A program made the position numbers and the translations under genes. From the NCBI GenBank assembly GCA_964580635.1, contig CAZOMF010000002.1, positions 1-35,301 of the forward strand: a stretch of 35,301 bases of DNA. Direction: 5' to 3'. The notes below the pieces were generated by a model. That model ran no database searches. It saw only the letters and a list, made by a program, of their open reading frames with translations, and was not told the DNA's origin. Below are positions 1 through 11,053 of this stretch, piece after piece; position 1 is the stretch's first letter; each line of letters opens with the position of its first letter. The stretch comes from an uncultured Dehalococcoidaceae bacterium (GTDB lineage: Bacteria > Chloroflexota > Dehalococcoidia > Dehalococcoidales > RBG-16-60-22).

Positions 1-226
1 CGTCGCTCATGTGGGGTATCTGGATGACGATGCCGCCGCTGGCCATGCCGCCGAGGTGGCCATAGCGCTCGATAAGGACGGTTTTAACGCCGTTGCGGGC
101 GGCGGCCATGGCGGCGGAGTGACCGCCCGGGCCGCCGCCGACCACGACGACGTCAGCCTCGTAGACGACATTGGTATCGCGGGCGGGTTCGTGGATCTTC
201 TTGCCGGTGGTAGCTAGCTTGGTCAT
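1..226 (-). CDS. FAD-dependent oxidoreductase, N-terminal fragment (continues past the window edge)
   Basis: Absent from the ORF track because there is no stop inside the window. The reverse complement reads ATG(226) MTKLATTGKKIHEPARDTNVVYEADVVVVGGGPGGHSAAMAAARNGVKTVLIERYGHLGGMASGGIVIQIPHMSD. It has a GxGxxG dinucleotide fold followed by LIER and HLGGMxSGG. AGGAGAGA lies at 231-238 on the complement, just upstream of the ATG. Confidence 0.75.
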   Translation of the reverse strand, partial: MTKLATTGKKIHEPARDTNVVYEADVVVVGGGPGGHSAAMAAARNGVKTVLIERYGHLGGMASGGIVIQIPHMSD

Positions 227-401
227 GATATCTCTCCTGTCGGAACACGTGCTTCTCTTTCTATTATAGCGCTAAACAACCGCGGGGGCACGATACCGTC
301 CCCAGGTTCCTCGCACCGCCGACCCTTGCTCGCGACGGCATGACGATATATCATGCGGGATATCAGGTGATACGCGTACGATAACGAAAGGCAGGTCTGC
401 T

Positions 402-1331
402 GTGACGGCTGAACCAATAGAACTCATCTTTCACAACATCCACGAGCACGGTGTGGGCATCATCGACCGGTGGGTAGCGGAAGTAGAACGTCGCACCGGC
501 GGTGGGGTGCGGTTCACGAAAACCGGCGGGGAAGACCCGGTGCTCATCCGGGCTGCCGACGTCGTCCGGGACGTGCCGGCCGCGGCGGTACAGTACCCGC
601 TGCTCGGACTCGTGCAGCTGCCGCTGCTGTTCCCGAACGCGACGGCGGGCAGCCGCGTCCTGGCGCAGCTGTACGAGGAGTTTGCCGAGTTGCGCGAAGA
701 GTTGAGTGACCACAAGATTGTGGGTTTAAGCATCGGCGCGGCGATGGCCATCTTCACGACGCGGGCGTGGGGACCGATCAAAACCGTCGTAGGTCTCGCG
801 GGGGCGCGGATACGGTCGCTGCCGGTCATCGACGGGGCGCTCCGCGCGCTCGGGGCCGAGCCGCTGCATGTCCCGTACCTGGACATCGCCGGACAGTTAA
901 AGGACGGACGACTGGACGCAACGGTGCTCGGCGTCCTCCCGGCCCGCCAGTTCCGGCTGGCGGACGGCGCCGCGCCGTACTGCCTGATGACGGGACGGAA
1001 CTCCATCACCATGCACCCGATGCGCACGTACATGAAACGGGAAAGCTGGAACCGGCTGCCGCAGGACTATCAGGATATCATCGGCGGGCTGGGGCCGGCC
1101 GGTGCCGAGTGCTGGTTCGCCCGGGAGAGCGGCCGTGACGCTGACGCCCACCTTGATGAGGGGCTGGCGGAATTCGAGGTAACGACTTTCACGCCCGGGC
1201 AGGTCGAAGAGCTACGGGGAATCATCGCGCCTGAAGTGGAAAAGGTACTGGCGGCCGTCGAGGCGCAGGGCCGGCCGGCGCGCCGGTTCTACAAACGAAT
1301 GGTCGAACTGGCGTCCGCGTACGGCGTTTAG
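402..1331 (+). CDS. DctP-family (TRAP-type) solute-binding-protein-like protein, without a leader peptide
   Basis: 309-aa ORF. The GTG at 402 is the first start after an in-frame stop. Length and overall pattern resemble TRAP DctP-type binding proteins; this is recognised by eye, not searched. The sequence begins directly with mature-domain-like residues (PIELIFHNIHEHG...), with no signal peptide or lipobox. Confidence 0.55.
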   Translation: MTAEPIELIFHNIHEHGVGIIDRWVAEVERRTGGGVRFTKTGGEDPVLIRAADVVRDVPAAAVQYPLLGLVQLPLLFPNATAGSRVLAQLYEEFAELREELSDHKIVGLSIGAAMAIFTTRAWGPIKTVVGLAGARIRSLPVIDGALRALGAEPLHVPYLDIAGQLKDGRLDATVLGVLPARQFRLADGAAPYCLMTGRNSITMHPMRTYMKRESWNRLPQDYQDIIGGLGPAGAECWFARESGRDADAHLDEGLAEFEVTTFTPGQVEELRGIIAPEVEKVLAAVEAQGRPARRFYKRMVELASAYGV

Positions 1332-2515
1332 ATTTCAACTTTCCGGGAAAAGACGGGCAGGAAGGCCATGGCCGCCAGGGCGACGCTGACCGCCCCGGCC
1401 AGGTAGAAGACCGGCGCCAGGTCACTGCCGCGGCTGACGAAGCCGGAGACCATCGGCCCGGTCATCATGCCGATGGCGTAGACCGCCTGGAACACGCCCA
1501 TCGCCGTCGCTTGCTGGCTCCGCGGCAGGCCGCGGATACCGAGCGCCATCAACATCGTCCCGAGCACGCCGCTGCCGAACCCGAAGGCGAGCTGCACCAC
1601 CATCAGCACGTGGACCGAGCTGATGAAGGGCGTGGCGAACATGGTGGCGCCAACCAGGGTCGCGTTCACGATAACGGTGGCGCGGTCGCCGATCCCGGCC
1701 TGGACGCGTACCGCCCACAGTGAGCCAAGGGCCGAGGCCGCCAGGTTGATCATGGTGATGATGCCGAGATCGCCGCTGGTGGCGCCGAGGCCGGTGGCGT
1801 AGATAGGGGTGAAGCCGAAGATGCTGGCGAAGGTGGCGAACTGGAGCAGCACCGCCATGATGGACACCGCGACGAGCATGGGTTGGGTGGCGACCATCCG
1901 GAAGCCGGTCCACGAGACCGGTGTGCGCTCCGTGCGTGTCTCCCGGGTCATCAGCAGGGCGGGCAGGCCGATGATGCCGAACAGGGCGGCGAACCAGAAT
2001 GGATTGACGAGGCCCAGTTTCTCCGCCAGGAAGCCGCCGCCCGGCGTGGCGACGATGAGGGCCAGGCTGCGCTCGAAGTTGATAAGGCCGATGGCGCGGC
2101 CGCTTTCCTCGTGCTCGAACCAGGCGGCGAAGTAGATGGGGAAGACCACCCAGAAGGCGGCGCCCACCCCGGTGGTGAAGCGGGCCAGGTAGAGCAGGCC
2201 CGGTGTCTTGGCCAAAGCAAGACTCAATGCACCGAGCGAGGTGAGTATAATACCGGCCGCCACGAGCGGCTTGCGGCGGCCCCACCGGTCCGAGAGGATG
2301 CCGATGGGGATGCGGAAGAGAAGCTGCGGCAGTGAATAGGCCGAGAGGATGGTGCCGACCGTGCCCAGGCTGGTGGTGGTCGTCTGGATGTAGAGGGGCA
2401 GGATAGGCACGTAGAGGTAAAGGCTGATCCACCAGAGGAAGTTGACCACGTAGAAGAAGGCGACCGACCGCAGCCGGTCCGGGGACAGGTGGGAATCGGC
2501 GGCGGCATCGGTCAC
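1328..2515 (-). CDS. MFS transporter
   Basis: 395 aa with about 12 hydrophobic segments. MFS motif A-like LSDRWGRRKP follows TM2. GTG start at 2515 with GGAGGA 7 nt upstream. Confidence 0.85.
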   Translation of the reverse strand: MTDAAADSHLSPDRLRSVAFFYVVNFLWWISLYLYVPILPLYIQTTTTSLGTVGTILSAYSLPQLLFRIPIGILSDRWGRRKPLVAAGIILTSLGALSLALAKTPGLLYLARFTTGVGAAFWVVFPIYFAAWFEHEESGRAIGLINFERSLALIVATPGGGFLAEKLGLVNPFWFAALFGIIGLPALLMTRETRTERTPVSWTGFRMVATQPMLVAVSIMAVLLQFATFASIFGFTPIYATGLGATSGDLGIITMINLAASALGSLWAVRVQAGIGDRATVIVNATLVGATMFATPFISSVHVLMVVQLAFGFGSGVLGTMLMALGIRGLPRSQQATAMGVFQAVYAIGMMTGPMVSGFVSRGSDLAPVFYLAGAVSVALAAMAFLPVFSRKVEI

Positions 2516-2570
2516 GCGGGCGTCCTCCGTGGCGGGTAGGTGCAGCCCCTATTATACTACAACAGAAAGG

Positions 2571-4394
2571 CTACGGGGACGGCTCGGCGCGGGAGAGCGT
2601 CTCGTACATCTGCGCGTAGAGCCCCTGCTTCTTCATGAGCTCGGCGTGGGTGCCGGATTCGACGATGTTCCCGTGGTCGAGGACGATGATCCGGTCGGCG
2701 TTCGTCACCGTGGAGAGGCGGTGGGCGATGATGAGGCAGGTCTTGTTCTTCGAGATACGGTCGAGCGAAGCCTGGAGGACGCGCTCGGTGGCGGTATCGA
2801 TGTTGGAGGTGGCCTCGTCCAGGATGAGGATGGGCGGGTCGGCGAGCACGGCGCGGGCGAGACAGACGAGCTGCCGCTGGCCGGGGCTCAAAGTGCCGCC
2901 CCGCTCGCCGACGGTCGTCTCATAGCCCTTTTCGAGCTGGCTGATAACGTCATCCACGCCGGCGGCCCTGGCGGCTTCGATGACCTGTTCACGGGTGGCT
3001 TCGGGGTTCCCGTCGCGGATGTTGTCCTCGATGGTGCCGGAGAAGAGGAAGGGGTCCTGCGGCACGAAACCTATCTGCTTCCGCAGCGACTGCTGGGTGA
3101 CGCTGTTCACGTTGTGGCCGTCGATAGTCACCGCGCCGCCGGAGGCCTCGTAGAAACGGGCGACGAGGCTGGCGATGCTGCTCTTCCCGGCCCCCGTCCG
3201 CCCGGCGATGGCGACCCGCTGGCCGGGGGCGGCGCCGAAGCTGACGCCGTGGAGTACCTCGACATCCGGCTCATAGGAGAAGTGGACGTCGTCGAATTTG
3301 ATGTCCCCCCTGACGGCGGGCATTTCTTCCGCATCGGGCGCGTCCTCGATCTCGGGAGTGACGTCGAGCAGCTCGAAGATACGCTGGCCGGAGGCCATCG
3401 AGAGCTGTATCTGCGTGTACATCGTGGCCACCTGCTGGACGGGCTGACCGAGCCGCTGGATGTAGAGCAGGAAGGCGAGCAGGAAGCCGACGTCCATGGT
3501 GCCGTTGAGTACCTGGAAGCCGCCGAAGATGAGGACGATAACGTAGGAGCTGTCCGTGAGCATCTGGGTGACCGGCATGATCAGCCCCTGGAGGAAGGCG
3601 GCCTTTTTATTGGCCTCGAAGTTGGCCTTGTTGATCTCGTCGAAGCGGCGGATATTCTCCGCTTCTCGGGACATGTTCTTGGTGACGCGGACGCCGGAGA
3701 TGCTTTCCTGGAGGTTGTCGTTCACGGCGGCGATGGCCCGGCGGGTCCAGACGAAGGCGCGGCGGGCCCGCCGCTGCCAGATGATGACGACGATGACGAG
3801 GATGGGCAAAGTGCTCAGGGCCAGGAGCGCCAGCTTCCAGTTGAGGACGAGCATGATGATGACGATGCCGACGATGGTCATCAGGTTGACGGACACCGTG
3901 ACGAAGTTCTGCGAGACGAGCGTTTGGAGCTGGTCCACGTCATTCTGGACGCGGGACATTATCTTGCCGACCTTGTTGTGGTCGAAGAAGCCCAACGAGA
4001 GCTTGTGGAGGTGTTCGAACATCTGGGTGCGCATCTTGAGCAAAATGCCCTGCGAGGCGAAGGCGAGGTAGAGCGTCTCCACGTACTGCGAACCCCAGAC
4101 GAGCAGTACCACGCCGATGTAGATGAGCATGATGATGGTAAGGCCGCCGGTGTCTCCGGCGACGATGCGGTTGGCGGCCTCCGCGACGATGAGAGGCGTG
4201 GCCAGGTTGGCGACGGTGCGGAAGAAGACGCCGAGACCGCCGACAATGAGGTCTTTCCTTACGCCCCTGACATAGCCGCCGAGCCGGACGACGATGTCGC
4301 TGTCGTAGACCTTGCCGAGGAGGTCGTCCGCGTTGGACTCGTCAACGGCGCTGCGGAGCCGCTGGCCGGGGTTCGGGGCGGGGGCGTTAAACAT
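2571..4394 (-). CDS. ABC exporter, fused permease/ATPase (type I exporter half-transporter)
   Basis: 607 aa. N-terminal 6-helix TMD, then an NBD with Walker A GRTGAGKSS, signature LSPGQRQ, Walker B ILILDEATS and H-loop IAHRL. Confidence 0.9.
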   Translation of the reverse strand: MFNAPAPNPGQRLRSAVDESNADDLLGKVYDSDIVVRLGGYVRGVRKDLIVGGLGVFFRTVANLATPLIVAEAANRIVAGDTGGLTIIMLIYIGVVLLVWGSQYVETLYLAFASQGILLKMRTQMFEHLHKLSLGFFDHNKVGKIMSRVQNDVDQLQTLVSQNFVTVSVNLMTIVGIVIIMLVLNWKLALLALSTLPILVIVVIIWQRRARRAFVWTRRAIAAVNDNLQESISGVRVTKNMSREAENIRRFDEINKANFEANKKAAFLQGLIMPVTQMLTDSSYVIVLIFGGFQVLNGTMDVGFLLAFLLYIQRLGQPVQQVATMYTQIQLSMASGQRIFELLDVTPEIEDAPDAEEMPAVRGDIKFDDVHFSYEPDVEVLHGVSFGAAPGQRVAIAGRTGAGKSSIASLVARFYEASGGAVTIDGHNVNSVTQQSLRKQIGFVPQDPFLFSGTIEDNIRDGNPEATREQVIEAARAAGVDDVISQLEKGYETTVGERGGTLSPGQRQLVCLARAVLADPPILILDEATSNIDTATERVLQASLDRISKNKTCLIIAHRLSTVTNADRIIVLDHGNIVESGTHAELMKKQGLYAQMYETLSRAEPSP

Positions 4395-6162
4395 CGGTGT
4401 CCTCCCCGCCGGCCTCGATGGCCGCTTCCTCGGCGGCTTTCCGGTTGGCGGCTACCTGGTCCATATAGGCCTGCCGGTAGAGCCCGCTCTGGGCCATGAG
4501 CTCCTCGTGGGTGCCCTGCTCGGCGATGCGGCCGTCCTTGAGGAGCAGGATGAGGTCGGCCCGCTGGATGAGGGTCAGGCGGTGGGTGATGACGAAGGTG
4601 GTCCGACCGGTGATCAGCTTGTTCAAGGCTTCAAGGATGAGGTGCTCGGTCTCCGCGTCCACGCTCGAGGTGGAATCGTCGAGGACGAGCACGGACGGGT
4701 CCATGAGGATCGAACGGGCGATGACGATGCGCTGCTTCTCGCCGCCGGAGAGGGTCACGCCGCGCTCGCCGACGAGGGTATCGTAGCCGTTCGGCAGGGA
4801 GCGGATGAAATCGTCGATGCGGGCGGCCCGCGCAGCCTCCTCGACCTGCGCCTGCGTGGCGTCGGGCACGCCGTAGGCGATGTTCTCCCGGAGCGTGGCC
4901 GAGAAGAGAAATACGTCCTGCTGGGCGATGCCGATATTGCGGCGGAGCGAGGCAAGGGTGAGGTCGCGGATGTCGGTGCCGTCGAGGGTAATGCCGCCGT
5001 CCGTGACGTCGTAGAAACGGGACATCAGGTTCGTGATGGTCGTCTTGCCGCTGCCGGAGCCGCCGAGCAGCACGACCAGTTGGCCGGGTTTCACGTCGAA
5101 ATCAACGTGCCGGAGTACCGGGGCGGTGCCGTAGCTGAAGCTGACGTCATGGAAGGAGACGGCGCCTTCGGCGCGGCCGGGGTCGATGGCATTGGGCCGG
5201 TCTTTGATAGCGGGTTCGGTATCCAGCACCTCGAAGATGCGGCGCCCTGCCGAGATCGTGCGGGAGACCATGGCGGCCAGCTGGCCGAGACGGGCGACAA
5301 AGCCTGAGAGCATCCCGAGGTAGAGGATGAACTGGGTGATACCGCCGATGGTCAGGCTGCCGTTCATGACCTGGAGGCCGCCGTACCATAGCACGAAGCC
5401 GGTCGGTATGGCGAGCAGCATCATCATGATGGGCGTGTAGATGGCCTGGAGGCGGGCGGCCGCTATCTGCTGGTCGTAGAGCTCGACCGCGCCGGAGGAG
5501 AACTTGGCGTTCTCCTTGTTCTCCAGCGTGTAGGCCTTGACGATCTTGATACCGCTGAGGCTTTCCTGGAGGATGGTGCCGAGCCAGGCTATCTTCTGCT
5601 GCACGGCCATCCAGACCGGCTGCATCTTGTTGCTCATGCGGATGGTCTGCCAGAGGACGGCCGGCATGAAGGCGAGCGTAATGAGGGCGAGCTGCCAGTT
5701 GAGCGAGAGGAGCAGGTAGCCGACACCGAAGACCACGAGGAAGATCTGGATGAGGTTGAGCAGGCCGGCGCTGAGGAACATGCGGGCCGCCTCGATGTCC
5801 GCCGTGCAGCGGGACATGATCTGGCCGGTCTGGGCCTGGTCGTAGTAGGCGAAGCCGAGCTGGTGAAGGTGGTCGTAGAGGGCGTTGCGGATATCGTAGG
5901 AGGCCTGCTGGGAGACGATCTGGGTGATGTAGGTGTCTCCGAAGCGGGCGGCGCTCCGTATCACCGTGGTGCCCAGAATGACGCCGGCCAAAATGAGGAT
6001 GGTGGTCTTGCTGCCGGAGCCGAGAGCGGTATCGATGCCGTTGCCGAGCAGGCGCGGTATGACGAGCCCGCCCACCGTGCTCGCGGTGATGCAGACGAAG
6101 CCGAACAGCAGGTTCGCCCAGTGTTTCCTGACGAAAACGATGAGCCGCAGGATGGTTTTCAT
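4387..6162 (-). CDS. ABC exporter, fused permease/ATPase (partner half-transporter)
   Basis: 591 aa. Walker A GGSGSGKTT, signature LSGGEKQR, Walker B VLVLDDSTS, H-loop ITHRL. An 8-nt overlap with the downstream half-transporter suggests translational coupling and a heterodimer. Confidence 0.9.
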   Translation of the reverse strand: MKTILRLIVFVRKHWANLLFGFVCITASTVGGLVIPRLLGNGIDTALGSGSKTTILILAGVILGTTVIRSAARFGDTYITQIVSQQASYDIRNALYDHLHQLGFAYYDQAQTGQIMSRCTADIEAARMFLSAGLLNLIQIFLVVFGVGYLLLSLNWQLALITLAFMPAVLWQTIRMSNKMQPVWMAVQQKIAWLGTILQESLSGIKIVKAYTLENKENAKFSSGAVELYDQQIAAARLQAIYTPIMMMLLAIPTGFVLWYGGLQVMNGSLTIGGITQFILYLGMLSGFVARLGQLAAMVSRTISAGRRIFEVLDTEPAIKDRPNAIDPGRAEGAVSFHDVSFSYGTAPVLRHVDFDVKPGQLVVLLGGSGSGKTTITNLMSRFYDVTDGGITLDGTDIRDLTLASLRRNIGIAQQDVFLFSATLRENIAYGVPDATQAQVEEAARAARIDDFIRSLPNGYDTLVGERGVTLSGGEKQRIVIARSILMDPSVLVLDDSTSSVDAETEHLILEALNKLITGRTTFVITHRLTLIQRADLILLLKDGRIAEQGTHEELMAQSGLYRQAYMDQVAANRKAAEEAAIEAGGEDTDV

Positions 6163-6193
6163 TCAGCCGACCGGTCAACGTTATAAAACATTA

Positions 6194-6233
6194 CGATATA
6201 TCGGATTATAGCGAAAGAGACCGCCGGTGTCCA
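6194..6233 (-). promoter_or_regulatory. Candidate sigma-70-type promoter of the ABC exporter operon with a palindromic operator
   Basis: On the minus strand: TGGACA (6233-6228), a 17-nt spacer, then TATAAT (6210-6205). The palindrome CGATATATCG (6203-6194) follows immediately, about 32 nt upstream of the ATG at 6162. The same 11-mer CGATATATCGG recurs at 18206-18216. Confidence 0.5.
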
Positions 6234-6256
6234 GTGGCGGTTTTATATAAGGCTGG

Positions 6257-6284
6257 AAAGAAAAAGTCGCCGCGGGCGCGGCGG
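6257..6284 (-). terminator. Candidate intrinsic terminator downstream of glnN
   Basis: On the minus strand: an all-GC 6-bp stem (6268-6273 pairing with 6278-6283) with a 4-nt loop, then AC and UUUUUCUUU (complement of 6257-6265). The stem is short, so confidence is moderate. Confidence 0.45.
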
Positions 6285-6357
6285 CGGGATGAGTGCCCGC
6301 GGGGGGAGGGTTCAGGGTCCCCCGCGGGCATCCGGTGTATGGAGGTAACGGCCGGTG

Positions 6358-8469
<2,112 letters not shown>

Positions 8470-8548
8470 GTAACCTTCCCTTCACATAAAAATATCATGG
8501 GATCGAGCGGGGGAGTCTGTTCCTTATATCATATAATAGCCGACGTTT

Positions 8549-8564
8549 GTTACGTTAATGTTAC
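8549..8564 (-). promoter_or_regulatory. GTnAC-n6-GTnAC direct repeat upstream of glnN (candidate OmpR-family GlnR-type box)
   Basis: The plus strand reads GTTAC gttaat GTTAC. On the glnN strand this is GTAAC-n6-GTAAC, lying 10 nt upstream of a TATTAT -10-like hexamer and about 80 nt upstream of the ATG. Confidence 0.3.
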
Positions 8565-8649
8565 GCGGGTTGACATAAAAAGTATCTCCCAAGCTCAGCG
8601 GTCTGTGGAGCGTGACGAGGTATGTGCGGCTTTGACACCCGTCGTGTAG

Positions 8650-9318
8650 CTAATATTTTGAGGCGCCGATCTCCTCGATAACGCCGGTGACGGTGAAGAC
8701 GATGCGCTCGCAGATGTTGGTGACGCGGTCGGCGGCGCGCTCCAGGTTGTGGGCGGCCCAGATGAGGCGGGTGGCCCGGGTGATGGTCTTGGGGTCTTCC
8801 ACCATATAGCTGACGAGGACGCGGAAGAGGTCGCTGTAGAGGTTGTCCACCTCGTCGTCCTCCAGGGCGATCTGCCGGGCCTGGTCGGCGTCGTGGCCGA
8901 TAAAGGCCTCCATGGACCGTTTGAGCATATCGATGGTCTTGTCCGCCATGCGGGGGATGGAAACGAGCGGCTTGAGGGGCGGCTCGTCGCCGTTCATGAT
9001 CACGATGCGGGCGATGCCCTCGGCGTAGTCACCGATGCGTTCCAGCTCGGTGATGATATGGGTGACGCCCATGATGGTGCGCAGGTCCTTGGCCATGGGC
9101 TGCTGCTTGGCGATGATGGCCAGACACTTGGTCTCGATGGAGAAGCGCCGGTTGTTGACGGCCTTGTCCCCGGCGATGACCTCCTCGGCTTCGGGGAGGT
9201 CACGCTCGCGCAGGGCGTGGACGGACTTGGCGATGGCCTTTTCCACCATGTTGCCCAGGAAGATGACGTCCTGCTGTATCTCGCGCAGTTCCTTGTGAAA
9301 TTCGGTCCGTATTTCCAT
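8650..9318 (-). CDS. phoU: Phosphate signalling complex protein PhoU
   Basis: 222 aa starting MEIRTEFHKELREIQ, with two PhoU repeats. ATG at 9318 with GGAGGAG 4 nt upstream. The first 106 codons of the 328-aa track ORF overlap pstB and are R/H/G-rich, so I discarded them. Confidence 0.9.
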   Translation of the reverse strand: MEIRTEFHKELREIQQDVIFLGNMVEKAIAKSVHALRERDLPEAEEVIAGDKAVNNRRFSIETKCLAIIAKQQPMAKDLRTIMGVTHIITELERIGDYAEGIARIVIMNGDEPPLKPLVSIPRMADKTIDMLKRSMEAFIGHDADQARQIALEDDEVDNLYSDLFRVLVSYMVEDPKTITRATRLIWAAHNLERAADRVTNICERIVFTVTGVIEEIGASKY

Positions 9319-9332
9319 GTCGCTCCTCCGCT

Positions 9333-10202
9333 CTACCCGAACCTGCCGGTGATGTAGTCTTCCGTCCGCCGGTCTTTGGGCGTGGTGAATATCTGGCTCG
9401 TTTCCCCGTACTCGACGAGGAATCCGGCCCGGTCGTCGTCCATCATGAAGAAGGCGGCCGTGTCCGAGACGCGGGCGGCCTGCTGCATGTTGTGCGTCAC
9501 GATGACGATGGTGTACCGCTGGGACAGCTCTTTCATGAGGTCTTCTATCTTCAGCGTGGCCACGGGGTCGAGGGCGGAGCAGGGCTCGTCGAGGAGGATG
9601 ATCTCCGGCTCCACCGCCAGCGCCCGGGCGATGCAAAGGCGCTGCTGCTGGCCGCCGGACAGGGAGGTACCGGACTCGTGGAGCTTGTCCTTGACCTCGT
9701 CCCAGAGGGCGGCCTGGCGCAGGCTGCGCTCCACGATATCCGCGAGCTGCCAGCGTCGGCTCCAGAGGCGGGTCAGCTTGAGGCCGGCGGCCACGTTATC
9801 GAAGATGGACATGGTGGGAAAGGGGCTCGGCTTCTGGAAGACCATGCCGATGCGCCGCCGGACCTGCACCGGGTCCACGCCGGGGTCGTAGATGTTGTTG
9901 CCTTCCAGTCGTACCTGGCCGACCACGTGGCCGTGGTTGGAGGCCTCGTGCATGCGGTTGAGGCACCGGATGAAGGTACTCTTGCCGCAGCCGGAAGGCC
10001 CGATGATGGCGGTGATGGCCTGGCCGGGGATATGGAGGCTGGTGTCCTTGACCGCGAGGAAATCGCGGTAGTAGGCCCGGAGGTTTTCCACCTCCAGAAC
10101 GATGGACCGGTCCTCGGGCGGGGTGGGGCGGTTGTTCGTATTTACGGGTATATCCAAGGTGTTTATCATAGTCTTTTCCTTTTCACTCGTCAACATGGTC
10201 AC
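9333..10202 (-). CDS. pstB: Phosphate ABC transporter ATP-binding protein PstB
   Basis: Walker [18 protein letters not shown], signature LSGGQQQRL, Walker [13 protein letters not shown]. The start is ambiguous: GTG at 10202, ATG at 10196, or ATG at 10169 (the last is preceded by AAGGAAAAG). Confidence 0.92.
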   Translation of the reverse strand: MTMLTSEKEKTMINTLDIPVNTNNRPTPPEDRSIVLEVENLRAYYRDFLAVKDTSLHIPGQAITAIIGPSGCGKSTFIRCLNRMHEASNHGHVVGQVRLEGNNIYDPGVDPVQVRRRIGMVFQKPSPFPTMSIFDNVAAGLKLTRLWSRRWQLADIVERSLRQAALWDEVKDKLHESGTSLSGGQQQRLCIARALAVEPEIILLDEPCSALDPVATLKIEDLMKELSQRYTIVIVTHNMQQAARVSDTAAFFMMDDDRAGFLVEYGETSQIFTTPKDRRTEDYITGRFG

Positions 10203-10206
10203 CTCG

Positions 10207-11049
10207 CTAGCTCTTGCGGCGGCTTACCCAGCGGACCACGACGCTGATAAGGAGCACGAGCACGACGAGGATGAAGGCTCCCGCCCAGGCGAGCTGGGTC
10301 TGGTCCTGGTAGGCCGACAGTGCGTATCGATAAATGGTCAGCGGCAAAGCGCTGATTGGCTTGAGGATGCCGTCGAAGCCGAAATAGTTGCCGAAGGAGG
10401 TGAAGAGGAGCGGGGCCGTCTCCCCGGCGATGCGGGCCACCGCCAGCATGATGCCCGTGACGACACCGGTCAGGGCCCCGGGCAGCACGACGCCGACGAC
10501 GGCCCGCCAGCGGGTGATGCCGAGCGCCAGCGCCGCCTCCCGCATGGAGTGCGGCACGAGGCGCAGGGCCTCCTCGGCGGTGCGGGCGACGATGGGTATC
10601 ATGATGATGGCCAGCGCGACGCCGCCGGAAAGGGCTGAATAGCTGTGCATGGGCCGCACCACGACGGCGTAGGCCAGAACGCCGACGACGATGGACGGCA
10701 CGCCGGCGAGGATATCCGCCGCGAAGCGGACCCCGGCGGCGGTCCGGGGACCGGCGAAATCGGACAGGAAGAGCCCCGCCAGCAGACCGACCGGCAGCGC
10801 CATCGCCGAGGCCAGTGATACGATGATAAGCGTGCCGACGATTTCATCGCGGAGGCCGCCGCCGGTCTCACCGGCCGGAACGGCGCTGTGGGTCAACGTA
10901 CCCAGGTTCAGGTAGCTGATACCCTTGAACAGCGTATAGCCGAGGATGAGCGCCAGCAGCGCGATGCCGATGGCCGCCGCCAGACCGGTGGCGGTCAGCA
11001 TGATGCCGCTCGTCCATTTCCTTCTTAGATGTCCGCCCTGTGAGACCAT
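10207..11049 (-). CDS. pstA: Phosphate ABC transporter permease PstA
   Basis: 280 aa, 6 TM, with the binding-protein-dependent permease EAA loop [15 protein letters not shown]. Sits between pstC and pstB. Confidence 0.9.
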   Translation of the reverse strand: MVSQGGHLRRKWTSGIMLTATGLAAAIGIALLALILGYTLFKGISYLNLGTLTHSAVPAGETGGGLRDEIVGTLIIVSLASAMALPVGLLAGLFLSDFAGPRTAAGVRFAADILAGVPSIVVGVLAYAVVVRPMHSYSALSGGVALAIIMIPIVARTAEEALRLVPHSMREAALALGITRWRAVVGVVLPGALTGVVTGIMLAVARIAGETAPLLFTSFGNYFGFDGILKPISALPLTIYRYALSAYQDQTQLAWAGAFILVVLVLLISVVVRWVSRRKS

Positions 11050-11053
11050 CTTC

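Noticed and set aside
11-217. 68-aa plus-strand ORF at the window start
   Set aside because: It is antisense to a clear FAD-binding N-terminus (GxGxxG) on the minus strand, is Ala/Gly/Asp-rich, and has no RBS.
6220-6244. Hairpin ACCGCC-n10-GGCGGT followed by TTTT, considered as a terminator
   Set aside because: It is oriented for a plus-strand transcript, and none exists here. It overlaps the -35 (TGGACA) of the minus-strand ABC operon promoter. At most it might contribute to bidirectional termination after glnN.
8549-8575. TnrA/GlnR-type (TGTNA-N7-TNACA) or NtcA-type (GTA-N8-TAC) site, and a plus-strand TTGACA at 8570
   Set aside because: The repeats are direct rather than inverted, so they do not fit either palindromic consensus. 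The TTGACA faces the 3' end of phoU, with no plus-strand gene to drive.
9319-9636. N-terminal 106-codon extension of the PhoU ORF
   Set aside because: It overlaps the 3' end of pstB in another frame and is R/H/P/G-rich. A proper ATG with GGAGGAG lies at 9318, where PhoU homology begins.
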